Shown here: positions 8,266-17,559 of the stretch, one piece after another
Layout: each line of letters opens with the position of its first letter
Numbering within the stretch: position 1 is the first letter of the stretch
NCBI GenBank assembly: GCA_031414955.1
Contig: JANOQV010000119.1
Location: 1 to 22,989, forward strand
DNA from: Pedosphaera sp.
Lineage (GTDB): Bacteria; Verrucomicrobiota; Verrucomicrobiia; Limisphaerales; SIBH01
Direction: 5' to 3'
DNA length: 22,989 nucleotides
The notes under the pieces: model-generated
Told to the model about the DNA's origin: nothing
The model's database searches: none
Seen by the model: the letters and a program-made list of their open reading frames with translations, nothing else
Made by a program: the position numbers and the translations under genes

Positions 8266-10953
8266 ATGCTCACTTTGAAATTTTGCCGTCGCTCCTCGCT
8301 CATGCTGCTGGCCTTGATGGCCGGCTGCGCGCCCACTCCGTCCGAATCATTCCTCACCTCCGCCGAGCGGGTCGGACGCGGCGGTGGGAATCGCGCCGTG
8401 ACGCCCGTGCATCAAGTGCTCACGCCCTATGGACAACAAGTCGAGCTGACCGGTCTGCGCCCGCAGGCTCTGAGCCTCAGTCCCGATGGCAAACTGCTCG
8501 CGGTCTCAGGCAAGTCGAGCGAAGTCGTCCTCATTGATCCCGCCTCGGGAAAAATTCTTCAACGTGTCGCGCTGCCTTCGGAGAAAGCGAACGAGCCACA
8601 GCCCGATGTGGTCTCGCCCAATATTCTCGCGCCCGACAAGAAGGGACAGTTGAGCTACACCGGCCTGATTTTTTCCCCGGACGGACGACGTCTATTCCTC
8701 GCCAATGTAAACGGGAGCGTGAAGGTCTTCGATGTGGCCACCAACGGTCACGTCTCGGGCGCTTTCTCCATCGCGCTGCCCAACGCCAACGCGCCCCGGC
8801 GGACCAATGACATTCCGGCGGGCCTGGCTTTATCACGCAACGGCCGCCGCCTCTACGTTGCGCTCAATCTCTCCAACCGTCTGGGGGAATTCGACGCGGC
8901 CACGGGCAAACTTCTGCGCCTTTTCGACGTGGGCGTGGCGCCCTTCGATGTCGTGCTGGTGGAGGATCGCGCGTATGTGAGCAACTGGGGCGGAGGCCGT
9001 CCGCAGCCAGGCGATCTCACCGGGCCGGCGGGGCGCGGGACTTTGGTCAAGGTTGATCCGGTTCGGTTCGTGGCCTCGGAGGGCTCGGTCAGCGTGATCA
9101 ATTTATCCAACTCCGCCATCAAGCACATCGCCGTCGGCCTCCATTCCTCCGCCCTCGCGCTCCATCCGGCTGGCCGCCACCTCGTTTGTGCCAATGCCGC
9201 CAGCGACAACCTCAGCGTCATCGACACCCGTACCGACACCGTTGTTGAAACGATCTGGGTCAAGCAAAGCCCGGCCGATATCTTCGGCGCGTCGCCCAAC
9301 GCCCTCGCCTTCAACAAAAAAGGCGACCGCCTTTATGTCGCCAACGGCACGCAGAACGCCATCGCCGTGATCGACTTTGATCCCGGCGCGTCGAAGCTGC
9401 TCGGACTCATCCCCGTCGGCTGGTTTCCCGGCGCGATTACGTTTCATCCCCAGCTCAATTCCCTCCAGGTCGCGAACCTCAAGGGCTTGCCCACGGCCAT
9501 GAGCAAGGTCAGCGGCACCAGCACCAACAAAGGGTTCAACACCACGCATCAATATCACGGCTCGCTTTCCCTGTGTCCGATTCCCTCCCGCCGCGAACTC
9601 AAACGCCTCTCCGCTCTCGTGTGGAAAAATTACCGTCGCGAGCAACTTGCTGTCGCCAAACTCCCGCCTCGTCCCCATCAACCGCCGCGTCCCGTGCCCG
9701 AACGCATCGGCGAGCCGAGCGTGTTCAAGCATGTGGTCTATGTCATCAAGGAGAACCGCACCTACGATCAGGTTCTGGGCGACGATCCGCGCGGCAACGG
9801 CGACCCCGCGCTCTGTGTCTTCGGCGAACGCATCACCCCGAACCAGCACAAGCTGGTGCGCGACTTCGTGCTGCTCGATAACACCTATTGCGCCGGGATT
9901 CTCAGCGCCGACGGCCATCAATGGTCCACCACCGCCTTCGGCACGGATTATCTCGAACGATCCTTTGCCGGCTGGCCGCGCAGTTATCCCGACGGCATGG
10001 GGGAGGACGATGCCGACGCCCTCGCTTACTCGCCCGCCGGGTTCATTTGGGACAACGCCTTGCTCCATCAGAAAAGTTTGCGGAACTACGGCGAGTTCGC
10101 CGAGCCGCAGGTGGCCTGGCGATCCGGCAAGAAGGGCACGCCGGATTTTCTTTCCTGTTACCGCACTTGGAAGGGCGAGACGAACTCCGTGATTTTCGCC
10201 AGCCAGCCCATGATCGAATCCATCCGCCCGCATCAGCCGACCAATTACGTCGGCTGGGAGATGAACGTGCCCGATCAGTACCGGGCCGACTTCATCATCC
10301 AGGAACTGCGCGAGTATGAAGCGCGGGGCGAGTATCCAAACCTGACCATCATCTGCCTGCCGAACGACCACACCAGTGGCACGAGCAAGGGATCGCCCAC
10401 GCCGGCCGCTTGCGTGGCGGACAATGACCTCGCCTTCGGTCGCATTGTCGAGGCGATCAGCCACAGCAAGTTTTGGAAGGAGACCGTCATCTTCGCCATC
10501 GAGGATGACCCGCAGGCCGGCTGGGATCATGTAAGCGGCTATCGCACCACGGCGTATTGCATCAGCCCCTACACGAAACGCGGCGCCGTGGTCGGCACTC
10601 AATACAACACGACGAGCTTGCTGCGGACGATGGAGCAGATTCTCGGGCTGCCGCCGATGAACCAGTTCGATGCGACCGCGACCCCGATGTTCGATTGTTT
10701 CACCAACACGCCCGACTTCACGCCCTTCGTCGCTTTGAAGAACAACGTGCCGTTGGATGAAATGAATCCCGACCCGAAGAAGGTGGCTGACACTTTGCTC
10801 CGCCAGAACGCCTATAGCTCGGCGCGTTTGAATTTCCGCCAGGTGGACGCCTGTCCGGAGGACGTGCTCAACCGCATCCTCTGGCACGCGATGAAGGGCA
10901 GCGCCGCGCCTTACCCAGCGTGGGCGGTAACGGCGGTGGATGAGGATGACTGA
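8266..10953 (+). CDS. YncE/YVTN beta-propeller plus alkaline-phosphatase-superfamily (phosphoesterase) lipoprotein
   Basis: ATG 8266 with lipobox LMAG-C; YVTN-like repeats (LYVANG, YVSNWG); C-terminal KHVVYVIKENRTYDQVLGD, SADGHQW, LPNDHT, EDDPQAGWDHV. Confidence 0.88.
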   Translation: MLTLKFCRRSSLMLLALMAGCAPTPSESFLTSAERVGRGGGNRAVTPVHQVLTPYGQQVELTGLRPQALSLSPDGKLLAVSGKSSEVVLIDPASGKILQRVALPSEKANEPQPDVVSPNILAPDKKGQLSYTGLIFSPDGRRLFLANVNGSVKVFDVATNGHVSGAFSIALPNANAPRRTNDIPAGLALSRNGRRLYVALNLSNRLGEFDAATGKLLRLFDVGVAPFDVVLVEDRAYVSNWGGGRPQPGDLTGPAGRGTLVKVDPVRFVASEGSVSVINLSNSAIKHIAVGLHSSALALHPAGRHLVCANAASDNLSVIDTRTDTVVETIWVKQSPADIFGASPNALAFNKKGDRLYVANGTQNAIAVIDFDPGASKLLGLIPVGWFPGAITFHPQLNSLQVANLKGLPTAMSKVSGTSTNKGFNTTHQYHGSLSLCPIPSRRELKRLSALVWKNYRREQLAVAKLPPRPHQPPRPVPERIGEPSVFKHVVYVIKENRTYDQVLGDDPRGNGDPALCVFGERITPNQHKLVRDFVLLDNTYCAGILSADGHQWSTTAFGTDYLERSFAGWPRSYPDGMGEDDADALAYSPAGFIWDNALLHQKSLRNYGEFAEPQVAWRSGKKGTPDFLSCYRTWKGETNSVIFASQPMIESIRPHQPTNYVGWEMNVPDQYRADFIIQELREYEARGEYPNLTIICLPNDHTSGTSKGSPTPAACVADNDLAFGRIVEAISHSKFWKETVIFAIEDDPQAGWDHVSGYRTTAYCISPYTKRGAVVGTQYNTTSLLRTMEQILGLPPMNQFDATATPMFDCFTNTPDFTPFVALKNNVPLDEMNPDPKKVADTLLRQNAYSSARLNFRQVDACPEDVLNRILWHAMKGSAAPYPAWAVTAVDEDD

Positions 10954-11107
10954 AGGCGGCCGCCCGGCCCTGCGGACCAAGCCCCTCAGAAAGTTCACGC
11001 CCAGCCCGCACCTCGTCCGGGGCCAGATGAGTTGGGATGCTTCCATCCACTCTCCCGCAAAACCGCGCGCCTTGCGCCGGCCCACCATTCCCCTCAAGCT
11101 GCCGCCG

Positions 11108-12517
11108 ATGAAATCCATCGTCGCCCGTCTCGCGCTCGCGCTTATTTGCGCCGCCGCCGCGCCCTGCCCCGCCGAGGACTGGCCCCGCTTTCTCGGCCCG
11201 CGCGGCGACAACACCTCCACTGAAACCAGCCTGCTGGAAAAGTTTCCGAGCGACGGTGTCCCCATCGTGTGGGAAATGAAAATCGGCACCGGCTACAGCG
11301 CGCCCTCCGTGCGTGGCGGACAAATGGTGCTGCACCACCGGGTCGGCCGCGAGGAACTGGTCGAGAGCTTCACCGCCGCCCATGGCCAACCCCTCTGGCG
11401 GCACGCCTACCCCAGCAGCTACACCGATCCCTACGGCTACAACAATGGCCCGCGCTGCACCCCGCTCCTGACTTCGAACCGCTGCTACACTTTCGGCGCC
11501 GAGGGCAAGCTGATTTGCCTCGACCTCGGCACGGGAAAAATAGTCTGGCAGCGCGATACCGCCAAAGAGTGGAACGTGCCCGAAGCCTTTTTTGGCGTCG
11601 GCAGCACTCCGCTCCTCGAGGACGAAAAGCTCATCGTCATGCTCGGCGGGCAACCGAACGCCGGCGTCATCGCCCTGGATGCAGCCACCGGGAAAACCAT
11701 CTGGCAGAACGTGGGGCAGACCAACTGGACGGGTGTGACCAAACTCGGCTTCCGTGCCGAGCGGCCGTACGAATGGACGGGCGTCGAGAAGCAGGCCAGC
11801 TACTCCTCGCCCGTCGCGGCCACCATTCACGGCCGGCGCCACGTCTTCTGCCTCCTGCGCCAGGGTCTCGTCTCGCTCAACCCGACCAACGGTGCCATCC
11901 ACTTCTCCCGCTGGTTCCAATCCGAAGCCAACGACACCGTCAACGCCATGCTCCCCGTGGTGCAGGACGACCTCGTGCTCATCTCCGCCGCCTATTACCG
12001 CTTGGGTGCCGTCCTCCTGCGCGTGCGGCCCGATGGCCGTTCCACCGAGGAAGTCTGGCGTATCCCGCGCCACCCGACCGACCCCGCCGACCGCGACCTG
12101 GTCACGGGACGCTGGAAACAACCCGTCCTGGAAATTCACTGGAACACACCCATCCTGCGCGATGGCTTCCTCTATGCCTTCAGTGGGCGCAACGAACCCG
12201 ATGCGACGTTCCGTTGCGTCGAGTTCCAGACCGGACGCCTGCTCTGGTCACGCGACGAGCGCTGGCCACCGCACAGTTCCCCGCAACCCCCGCTCTTCGG
12301 ACGTGGCTCGGCCATTCTCGCCGACGGCAAACTCATCGCGCTGGGCGAAGGCGGGATGTTAGGCCTCTTCAAACCGAGCACCAATCAGTGCGAAGAACTC
12401 TCTCGCTGGCAAGTCCCCTCCCTGCACTACCCCTGCTGGGCCGCACCCGTGCTCTCCGGGAAAAGATTATACCTGCGCAGCGAGGATCGGCTGGTGTGCT
12501 TGAATGTGGCGAAGTGA
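11108..12517 (+). CDS. Secreted PQQ-binding-like beta-propeller protein
   Basis: Signal peptide followed by EDWPRFLGP; GYSAP, GPRCTP, ASYSSP, WAAPVLSGKRLYLR typical of the PVC-expanded family. Confidence 0.88.
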   Translation: MKSIVARLALALICAAAAPCPAEDWPRFLGPRGDNTSTETSLLEKFPSDGVPIVWEMKIGTGYSAPSVRGGQMVLHHRVGREELVESFTAAHGQPLWRHAYPSSYTDPYGYNNGPRCTPLLTSNRCYTFGAEGKLICLDLGTGKIVWQRDTAKEWNVPEAFFGVGSTPLLEDEKLIVMLGGQPNAGVIALDAATGKTIWQNVGQTNWTGVTKLGFRAERPYEWTGVEKQASYSSPVAATIHGRRHVFCLLRQGLVSLNPTNGAIHFSRWFQSEANDTVNAMLPVVQDDLVLISAAYYRLGAVLLRVRPDGRSTEEVWRIPRHPTDPADRDLVTGRWKQPVLEIHWNTPILRDGFLYAFSGRNEPDATFRCVEFQTGRLLWSRDERWPPHSSPQPPLFGRGSAILADGKLIALGEGGMLGLFKPSTNQCEELSRWQVPSLHYPCWAAPVLSGKRLYLRSEDRLVCLNVAK

Positions 12518-12552
12518 GATTGGGCCGGGCGCAGCCCGGAAAGCATGTTTTT

Positions 12553-13227
12553 CTACCGCAACGGGGCCACGCTCACTTCCTTGAAATGCACCCGCTGCTG
12601 GTCGTCGTGATTCTGCAGACCGATGTAGCCTGAGCTTGGCCGCAGCCCACGCTCTGGCTCGTATTCCTTGGTTCTCGGCGGCACCGCATCGCCTTCGGTA
12701 AAGTCCGTCACCAGCCGGCCGTTGACTTCGACCCGCGTGCGCTTCCCTTCCAGAGTGATGAGCAGCACGTTCCATTCGTTCACGCGCGCCTGCACCACGT
12801 TCTTCGCCGGGCTGAAGCTGTAAAGACAGCCGGTGCGGTGCCAGAGGTCGCCGTTGTTCTCGATCTGCACCTCGTAGCCGCGATGCACGGCGAACCATTC
12901 ATCCCGGGGCGGCTCGGGGATGCGGATGAACACGCCCGAGTTGTCGTGACCACTGGTAGGCTGAAACACGATGCGGAGACGGCAGTCACCGAACTTCTCG
13001 CGCGTATACCAGAACAGCCCCATGCCACCGTGAGTCACCAGTTCGCCGTTCTCCAACTGGAAATGGCCCGGGCCAACCATCTGCCAGCCGTTCGTGCTCG
13101 AACCATCGAAGATCGGACGCCAACCACCACGAGCCGAGGCGTGCATCGACTTGCAGGAGAGACTGGTTGAAACTACCGCGCACCCAAGCAACGCGCCGGC
13201 CAGACGAAGGAGCAATTGAAAACTCAT
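12553..13227 (-). CDS. DUF1080 (3-keto-disaccharide hydrolase-like) secreted protein
   Basis: Signal peptide; WRPIFDG, NSGVFIR, YEVQI, NEWN, GYIGLQNH motifs. Confidence 0.88.
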   Translation of the reverse strand: MSFQLLLRLAGALLGCAVVSTSLSCKSMHASARGGWRPIFDGSSTNGWQMVGPGHFQLENGELVTHGGMGLFWYTREKFGDCRLRIVFQPTSGHDNSGVFIRIPEPPRDEWFAVHRGYEVQIENNGDLWHRTGCLYSFSPAKNVVQARVNEWNVLLITLEGKRTRVEVNGRLVTDFTEGDAVPPRTKEYEPERGLRPSSGYIGLQNHDDQQRVHFKEVSVAPLR

Positions 13228-13375
13228 GGTGCTGAAAGCCTACCCCGAAGGTCGCCGGCGGAAACGAAAAATGTCCAGCGGTGCCGAGAGGTCGCGCGTA
13301 GAAACAACCAACACCTCAAGCCCCGGGGAAAGACTCATCCACTTGCGTTGCCGCGCACCGATGGGCCCAGCCAAC

Positions 13376-13732
13376 TCACGCCTCAGACGGAGGAGGCGGC
13401 AGGATGCTCGTGGGCAAGGCCATGATTTCCTGGGCCTGTTCCAAGTCGGCCGGTGCCACTTGCACCCGGGCGAAACCAAAGCCGTTTGAGTCCAGGGAAA
13501 ATGTCTGCATGACAAACTCATCAGGCATGAAGACCTTGATGCCGGCCGCGTCGAGCTGGCTGGCCAGCAAATCCGCATCGACCAAGTTGCGGCACTTGGT
13601 CAGCGTGACCCATTCCCTCTGCGGGTTCTCGTCCGGCGCGGCGGCGGCCACTTTGAATTGATCGGTGCCACATCCGGCGCAATGGGCGGCGGCGTCCGTG
13701 TTTTCCAGGCCGCATTCAGTGCAAGTTTTCAT
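13376..13732 (-). CDS. Zinc-ribbon plus DUF2007-like small protein
   Basis: N-terminal CTECG...CAGCG, then ADLLASQLDAAGIKVF...RVQV..DLEQAQEI, typical of DUF2007. Confidence 0.75.
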   Translation of the reverse strand: MKTCTECGLENTDAAAHCAGCGTDQFKVAAAAPDENPQREWVTLTKCRNLVDADLLASQLDAAGIKVFMPDEFVMQTFSLDSNGFGFARVQVAPADLEQAQEIMALPTSILPPPPSEA

Positions 13733-13923
13733 GGCAATGAATTCAGGCTACGCGGGGCGCGCGCGTTGTCACGAAAAAGCTTGGCCGCGTCTCCGGTGGC
13801 CCGCCGCCTGCGCGGCCCCAGCGGATCGGATATCTGGACGACCTCGTAAATGAGCCGGAGAATTGCGTTGCCCGCGCGGACGGAGAGTTTTAGAAATAGC
13901 CCAGCCCAAACCAAAGGATCCAA

Positions 13924-14367
13924 ATGCAGGCGACTGTGAACGAGATTCTAAAACAGAAGGGTTCACGCGTGTGGACCATTCCCGGCGAAGCGACTGTCTT
14001 CGAAGCCATTCAACTCATGGCGGCCCGCAACATCGGCGCCCTGGTGGTCGCGGTCGGGGACAGGATCGAGGGCATCTTCACCGAACGCGATTACACGCGC
14101 AAAGTCGCGCTGCACGGCAAATCGTCGAAGGACACGCTCGTGAACGAGATTATTTCCCATCAGTTGTGCGTCGCGGCACCGGACAGCACCATCGAGGAGT
14201 GCATGCGATGGATGACGACGAATCGCGTGCGGCATCTGCCCGTGCTGGATGGCGGGGTGCTGGTCGGTTTGGTTTCCATCGGCGATCTGGTGAACTACAT
14301 CATCAGCGCCCAGAGCGTGGAAATTCTTCAATTGCAAAATTACATCACCGGCCAGTATCCGGGTTGA
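13924..14367 (+). CDS. CBS-pair protein
   Basis: NIGALVV, GIFTERDY, RVRHLPV, GLVSIGDLV, C-terminal YITG. Confidence 0.92.
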   Translation: MQATVNEILKQKGSRVWTIPGEATVFEAIQLMAARNIGALVVAVGDRIEGIFTERDYTRKVALHGKSSKDTLVNEIISHQLCVAAPDSTIEECMRWMTTNRVRHLPVLDGGVLVGLVSIGDLVNYIISAQSVEILQLQNYITGQYPG

Positions 14368-14454
14368 GACTTGGGTGCGGCCGGATTCACACCCCATCTT
14401 CGCGGGCTCCGGGTGATTTGACCTGAGCCACCACTTTTTGCCACTGTTCCGCGC

Positions 14455-15537
14455 ATGGGCAATTCCTTCGGTCATTTGTTTCGCATCACCACCTGGGGCG
14501 AGTCGCACGGTGGCGGCGTGGGCGTCGTCGTGGACGGCTGCCCGCCGCGGCTGCCCCTGACCGAAGCCGACATCCAGCCCGACCTGGATCGTCGCCGTCC
14601 CGGCCAGTCGAAGATCGTCACACCGCGCAAGGAGAGCGACACGGTGCAGATTCTTTCCGGCACCTTTGAAGGCCGGACCCTGGGCACGCCCATCAGCATG
14701 TGGGTGAAGAACGAAGACGCGCGCCCGGAGGCTTACAACGAGATGGCCACAAAGTTTCGTCCCTCCCACGCCGACTACACTTACCAGACCAAGTATGGCA
14801 TCCGGAACTGGCAGGGCGGCGGACGTTCCAGCGCGCGTGAAACCGTGGGCCGCGTCGCGGCCGGGGCGATTGCGAAGAAGATTCTGCGCGAGCGTTTCGG
14901 CGTCGAAGTCCTCTCGTACGTCAAGCAGGTCCAGCGCATCACCGCTGATTTGAATCCCGACACGGTGAAGGCGAAGGACATCGAGTCCAACATCGTGCGC
15001 TGTCCGCACCCGGCCACGGCGGAGAAGATGATCCGCCTCATTGAGAAGATGCGCCGCATGGGCGACAGCGTGGGCGGCATCGTGGAGGGAGTCGCGCGCG
15101 GCGTGCCGGTGGGCTGGGGCGAACCGGTCTTCGACAAACTGGAAGCGGACCTGGCCAAGGCCATGTTGAGTCTGCCTGCCTCGAAGGCTTTCGAGGTGGG
15201 TTCCGGTTTCGCCGGCATTCAACTGACCGGACGCGAACACAACGATCTGTTCCGGGCCAAGGCGGGCAAGGTTCGCACTCTGACCAATCGCTCCGGCGGC
15301 ATTCAGGGCGGCATCTCGAACGGCGAAACCATTTACTTCCGCGTGGCGTTCAAGCCCGTGGCCACGGTCATGCACGAGCAGGACACGGTGGACGTGAAGC
15401 TTCAGAACACCACGCTCAAGGGCCGGGGCCGCCACGATCCCTGCGTGCTGCCCCGGGCCGTGCCGATGGTGGATGCCATGACCGCGCTCGTGCTGGTTGA
15501 TCACGCACTGCGCCATCAGGCACAGTGCGGAGGATGA
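14455..15537 (+). CDS. aroC: Chorismate synthase
   Basis: [41 protein letters not shown] signatures. Confidence 0.98.
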   Translation: MGNSFGHLFRITTWGESHGGGVGVVVDGCPPRLPLTEADIQPDLDRRRPGQSKIVTPRKESDTVQILSGTFEGRTLGTPISMWVKNEDARPEAYNEMATKFRPSHADYTYQTKYGIRNWQGGGRSSARETVGRVAAGAIAKKILRERFGVEVLSYVKQVQRITADLNPDTVKAKDIESNIVRCPHPATAEKMIRLIEKMRRMGDSVGGIVEGVARGVPVGWGEPVFDKLEADLAKAMLSLPASKAFEVGSGFAGIQLTGREHNDLFRAKAGKVRTLTNRSGGIQGGISNGETIYFRVAFKPVATVMHEQDTVDVKLQNTTLKGRGRHDPCVLPRAVPMVDAMTALVLVDHALRHQAQCGG

Positions 15538-16437
15538 TCAGGGCTTGCGAATGATGGTGCGGCGGGCGACGCGGGATTCCTGGCCTTCCTGATCCACGCT
15601 TTTCACCTGAAACACGTTCGTGCCCACGGCCAGGTCCACGATTGCCGACCAACTGGTGGCCGGGGAGTAACTCGCGGGGGCATCCGCCTCATACCAATCA
15701 TTGCCGCCGAGGCGCCAGAGCACTTGCGTCACGGAGATGCGATCCCTGGCCGTGCCAGTGACCGTGATGACGCCGTTGGTCGTGCGTGAACGAATTTTTC
15801 GCGGAGTGCCGATCACAACGGTCGGCCTCGCGAAATCTGCGCTGCCATTAACCACTACGGTGACCAATGGTTCTCCGGGTTCCCCGTCCACTGGCGGCGA
15901 CGGCCTTTCGGTGGTAACGGCCTTGAAGTAAACAGTTCGGTCAAATCGATACCCGCCGATGTCCACGAAAAAATCCACCGAGCCGAGTCCATTCTCGTCC
16001 CACCCCCCGCCCTCGGCTACGAAACTCGACTCCAGCCTCCGAGTGGCACCTGCGATCGTCAACACGTCGCCCCGACGCGAGAAAGTCAGGCTGCCCCGGA
16101 CGATGAAGTGATCGTTGTCGTCAAAGTCGCCGAGAATATACATCGTGCGGTTGCTGGTGTAGTTCCGACCTTCGCCCCATGTGGTTGACCAACTCACGCC
16201 GCCCAGGTTCATTTCCACCGTGGTGTCAGCGTCGATCACCAGGTCGCGCAATCCTGGAATGGTGACGCGCCCGGTGATGCTGCCGCTATCGCGTGTCACG
16301 ACATCGCAATAGGTTTCACCTTCTTCGGTCGTGCAGACGCGAACATCGTTGAGCCGCTCGGTAAAGCGGATGGAATTGGCAGCGGACAATCCGCAAAGGG
16401 TGAGACTGAGGGTTAGAAGAGTGATCTGAGCTTTCAT
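15538..16437 (-). CDS. Secreted hypothetical protein with C-terminal Ig-like domain
   Basis: Start probably ATG 16437 (MKAQITLLTLSLTLCGLSAA). Beta-rich; C-terminus ITVTGTARD...W...L..GTNVFQVKSVD resembles bacterial Ig-like domains. Confidence 0.65.
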   Translation of the reverse strand: MKAQITLLTLSLTLCGLSAANSIRFTERLNDVRVCTTEEGETYCDVVTRDSGSITGRVTIPGLRDLVIDADTTVEMNLGGVSWSTTWGEGRNYTSNRTMYILGDFDDNDHFIVRGSLTFSRRGDVLTIAGATRRLESSFVAEGGGWDENGLGSVDFFVDIGGYRFDRTVYFKAVTTERPSPPVDGEPGEPLVTVVVNGSADFARPTVVIGTPRKIRSRTTNGVITVTGTARDRISVTQVLWRLGGNDWYEADAPASYSPATSWSAIVDLAVGTNVFQVKSVDQEGQESRVARRTIIRKP

Positions 16438-16584
16438 AATCGTCGAAACATTTGTCGTTGGAGCGGGCATAACGATGAATTTTTAACCCAGGCTGCTCCG
16501 CTCCGGGAAGGCAAATTTCCTCAAGGAACATTGCCCTTAAGAAAAACGCGTGAAATTGCCGACAGCCATCCCCATGCTCCCGCC

Positions 16585-17448
16585 ATGAAATCACCGCACC
16601 ATGTTGTCGCGCTGCTGCTCGGCGCACTGACCTTAAGCTTGACGGCCCAGACCGCCCTGCCCCTTTGGCCGGACGACGCGCCGGGCGCCCTGGGCAAAGC
16701 GGACAAAGACATTCCCACCCTCACTCCTTATCTCGCCGACCCCGCCATCGCGACCGGCGCGGCGATGGTGATCCTTCCCGGCGGCGGCTACGGCGGACTG
16801 GCCGGGCACGAAGGCAAAGGCTACGCCGACTGGCTGGTCACAAACGGCGTCTCCTGCTTTGTGGTGAAATATCGTCTCGGCCCGGGCGGCTACCGGCATC
16901 CTTCCATGTTGCAAGATGCGGCGCGCGCCGTGCGCCTCGTCCGCGCGCGGGCCGCCGAATGGAAAGTCGATGCCAAGCGCGTCGGCATCATCGGCTCCTC
17001 GGCCGGAGGTCATCTCGCCTCGACGCTCATCACACACTTCGATGCCGGCCAGACGGACGCCTCCGACACCGTCGAACGCCAGAGCAGTCGGCCGGACCTG
17101 GCCATTCTCTGCTACCCCGTCATTTCGATGGGACCAAACACGCACCAAGGGTCGAAGAACAATTTGCTCGGTCCCAAACCCGATCCTGATCTGGTGAAAC
17201 TCCTCTCCAACGAAACTCAGGTGACCAAGGACACGCCGCCCTGCTTTCTTTGGCACACTTGGGAGGACAAGGCCGTGAAGGTGGAGAACTCGCTCGAATT
17301 CGCCACCGCCCTCCAGCGCGCCGGCGTGCCCTTCGATCTGCACGTCTATCAAAAAGGTTCGCACGGCCTCGGTCTGGGCAAGGGCGAACTGCATCCCTGG
17401 GCCGGCGACTGTCTCTACTGGTTGCGGGCGCAGAAATTCGTGAAGTAG
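16585..17448 (+). CDS. Secreted alpha/beta hydrolase (carbohydrate-esterase/BD-FAE-like)
   Basis: Signal peptide; PGGGY oxyanion motif, GSSAGG nucleophile, D (WEDKAV) and H (GSHGLG) triad candidates. Confidence 0.88.
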   Translation: MKSPHHVVALLLGALTLSLTAQTALPLWPDDAPGALGKADKDIPTLTPYLADPAIATGAAMVILPGGGYGGLAGHEGKGYADWLVTNGVSCFVVKYRLGPGGYRHPSMLQDAARAVRLVRARAAEWKVDAKRVGIIGSSAGGHLASTLITHFDAGQTDASDTVERQSSRPDLAILCYPVISMGPNTHQGSKNNLLGPKPDPDLVKLLSNETQVTKDTPPCFLWHTWEDKAVKVENSLEFATALQRAGVPFDLHVYQKGSHGLGLGKGELHPWAGDCLYWLRAQKFVK

Positions 17449-17490
17449 CTCGTGACAGCCATGTCCGCGTGATCCGATGAATCGAAGACA

Positions 17491-17555
17491 GAGCGCCGCA
17501 ATCTTTGCGGCGAGAGAACCTGCCCCATCGCCAAGCCGCAAGGATTGCGGCGCTC
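17491..17555. repeat. REPIN-like inverted pair of 21-bp palindromes between convergent genes (possible bidirectional terminator)
   Basis: GAGCGCCGCAATCTTTGCGGC (17491-17511) and GCCGCAAGGATTGCGGCGCTC (17535-17555) are reverse complements with 1 mismatch; each arm is itself a hairpin. Confidence 0.8.
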
Positions 17556-17559
17556 CGGT

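Noticed and set aside
9103..11289. Long antisense ORFs (also 71-1051, 2530-3609, 10868-12139, 13963-15516, 17545-18564)
   Set aside because: Shadow frames of well-supported genes in high-GC DNA, with no motifs.
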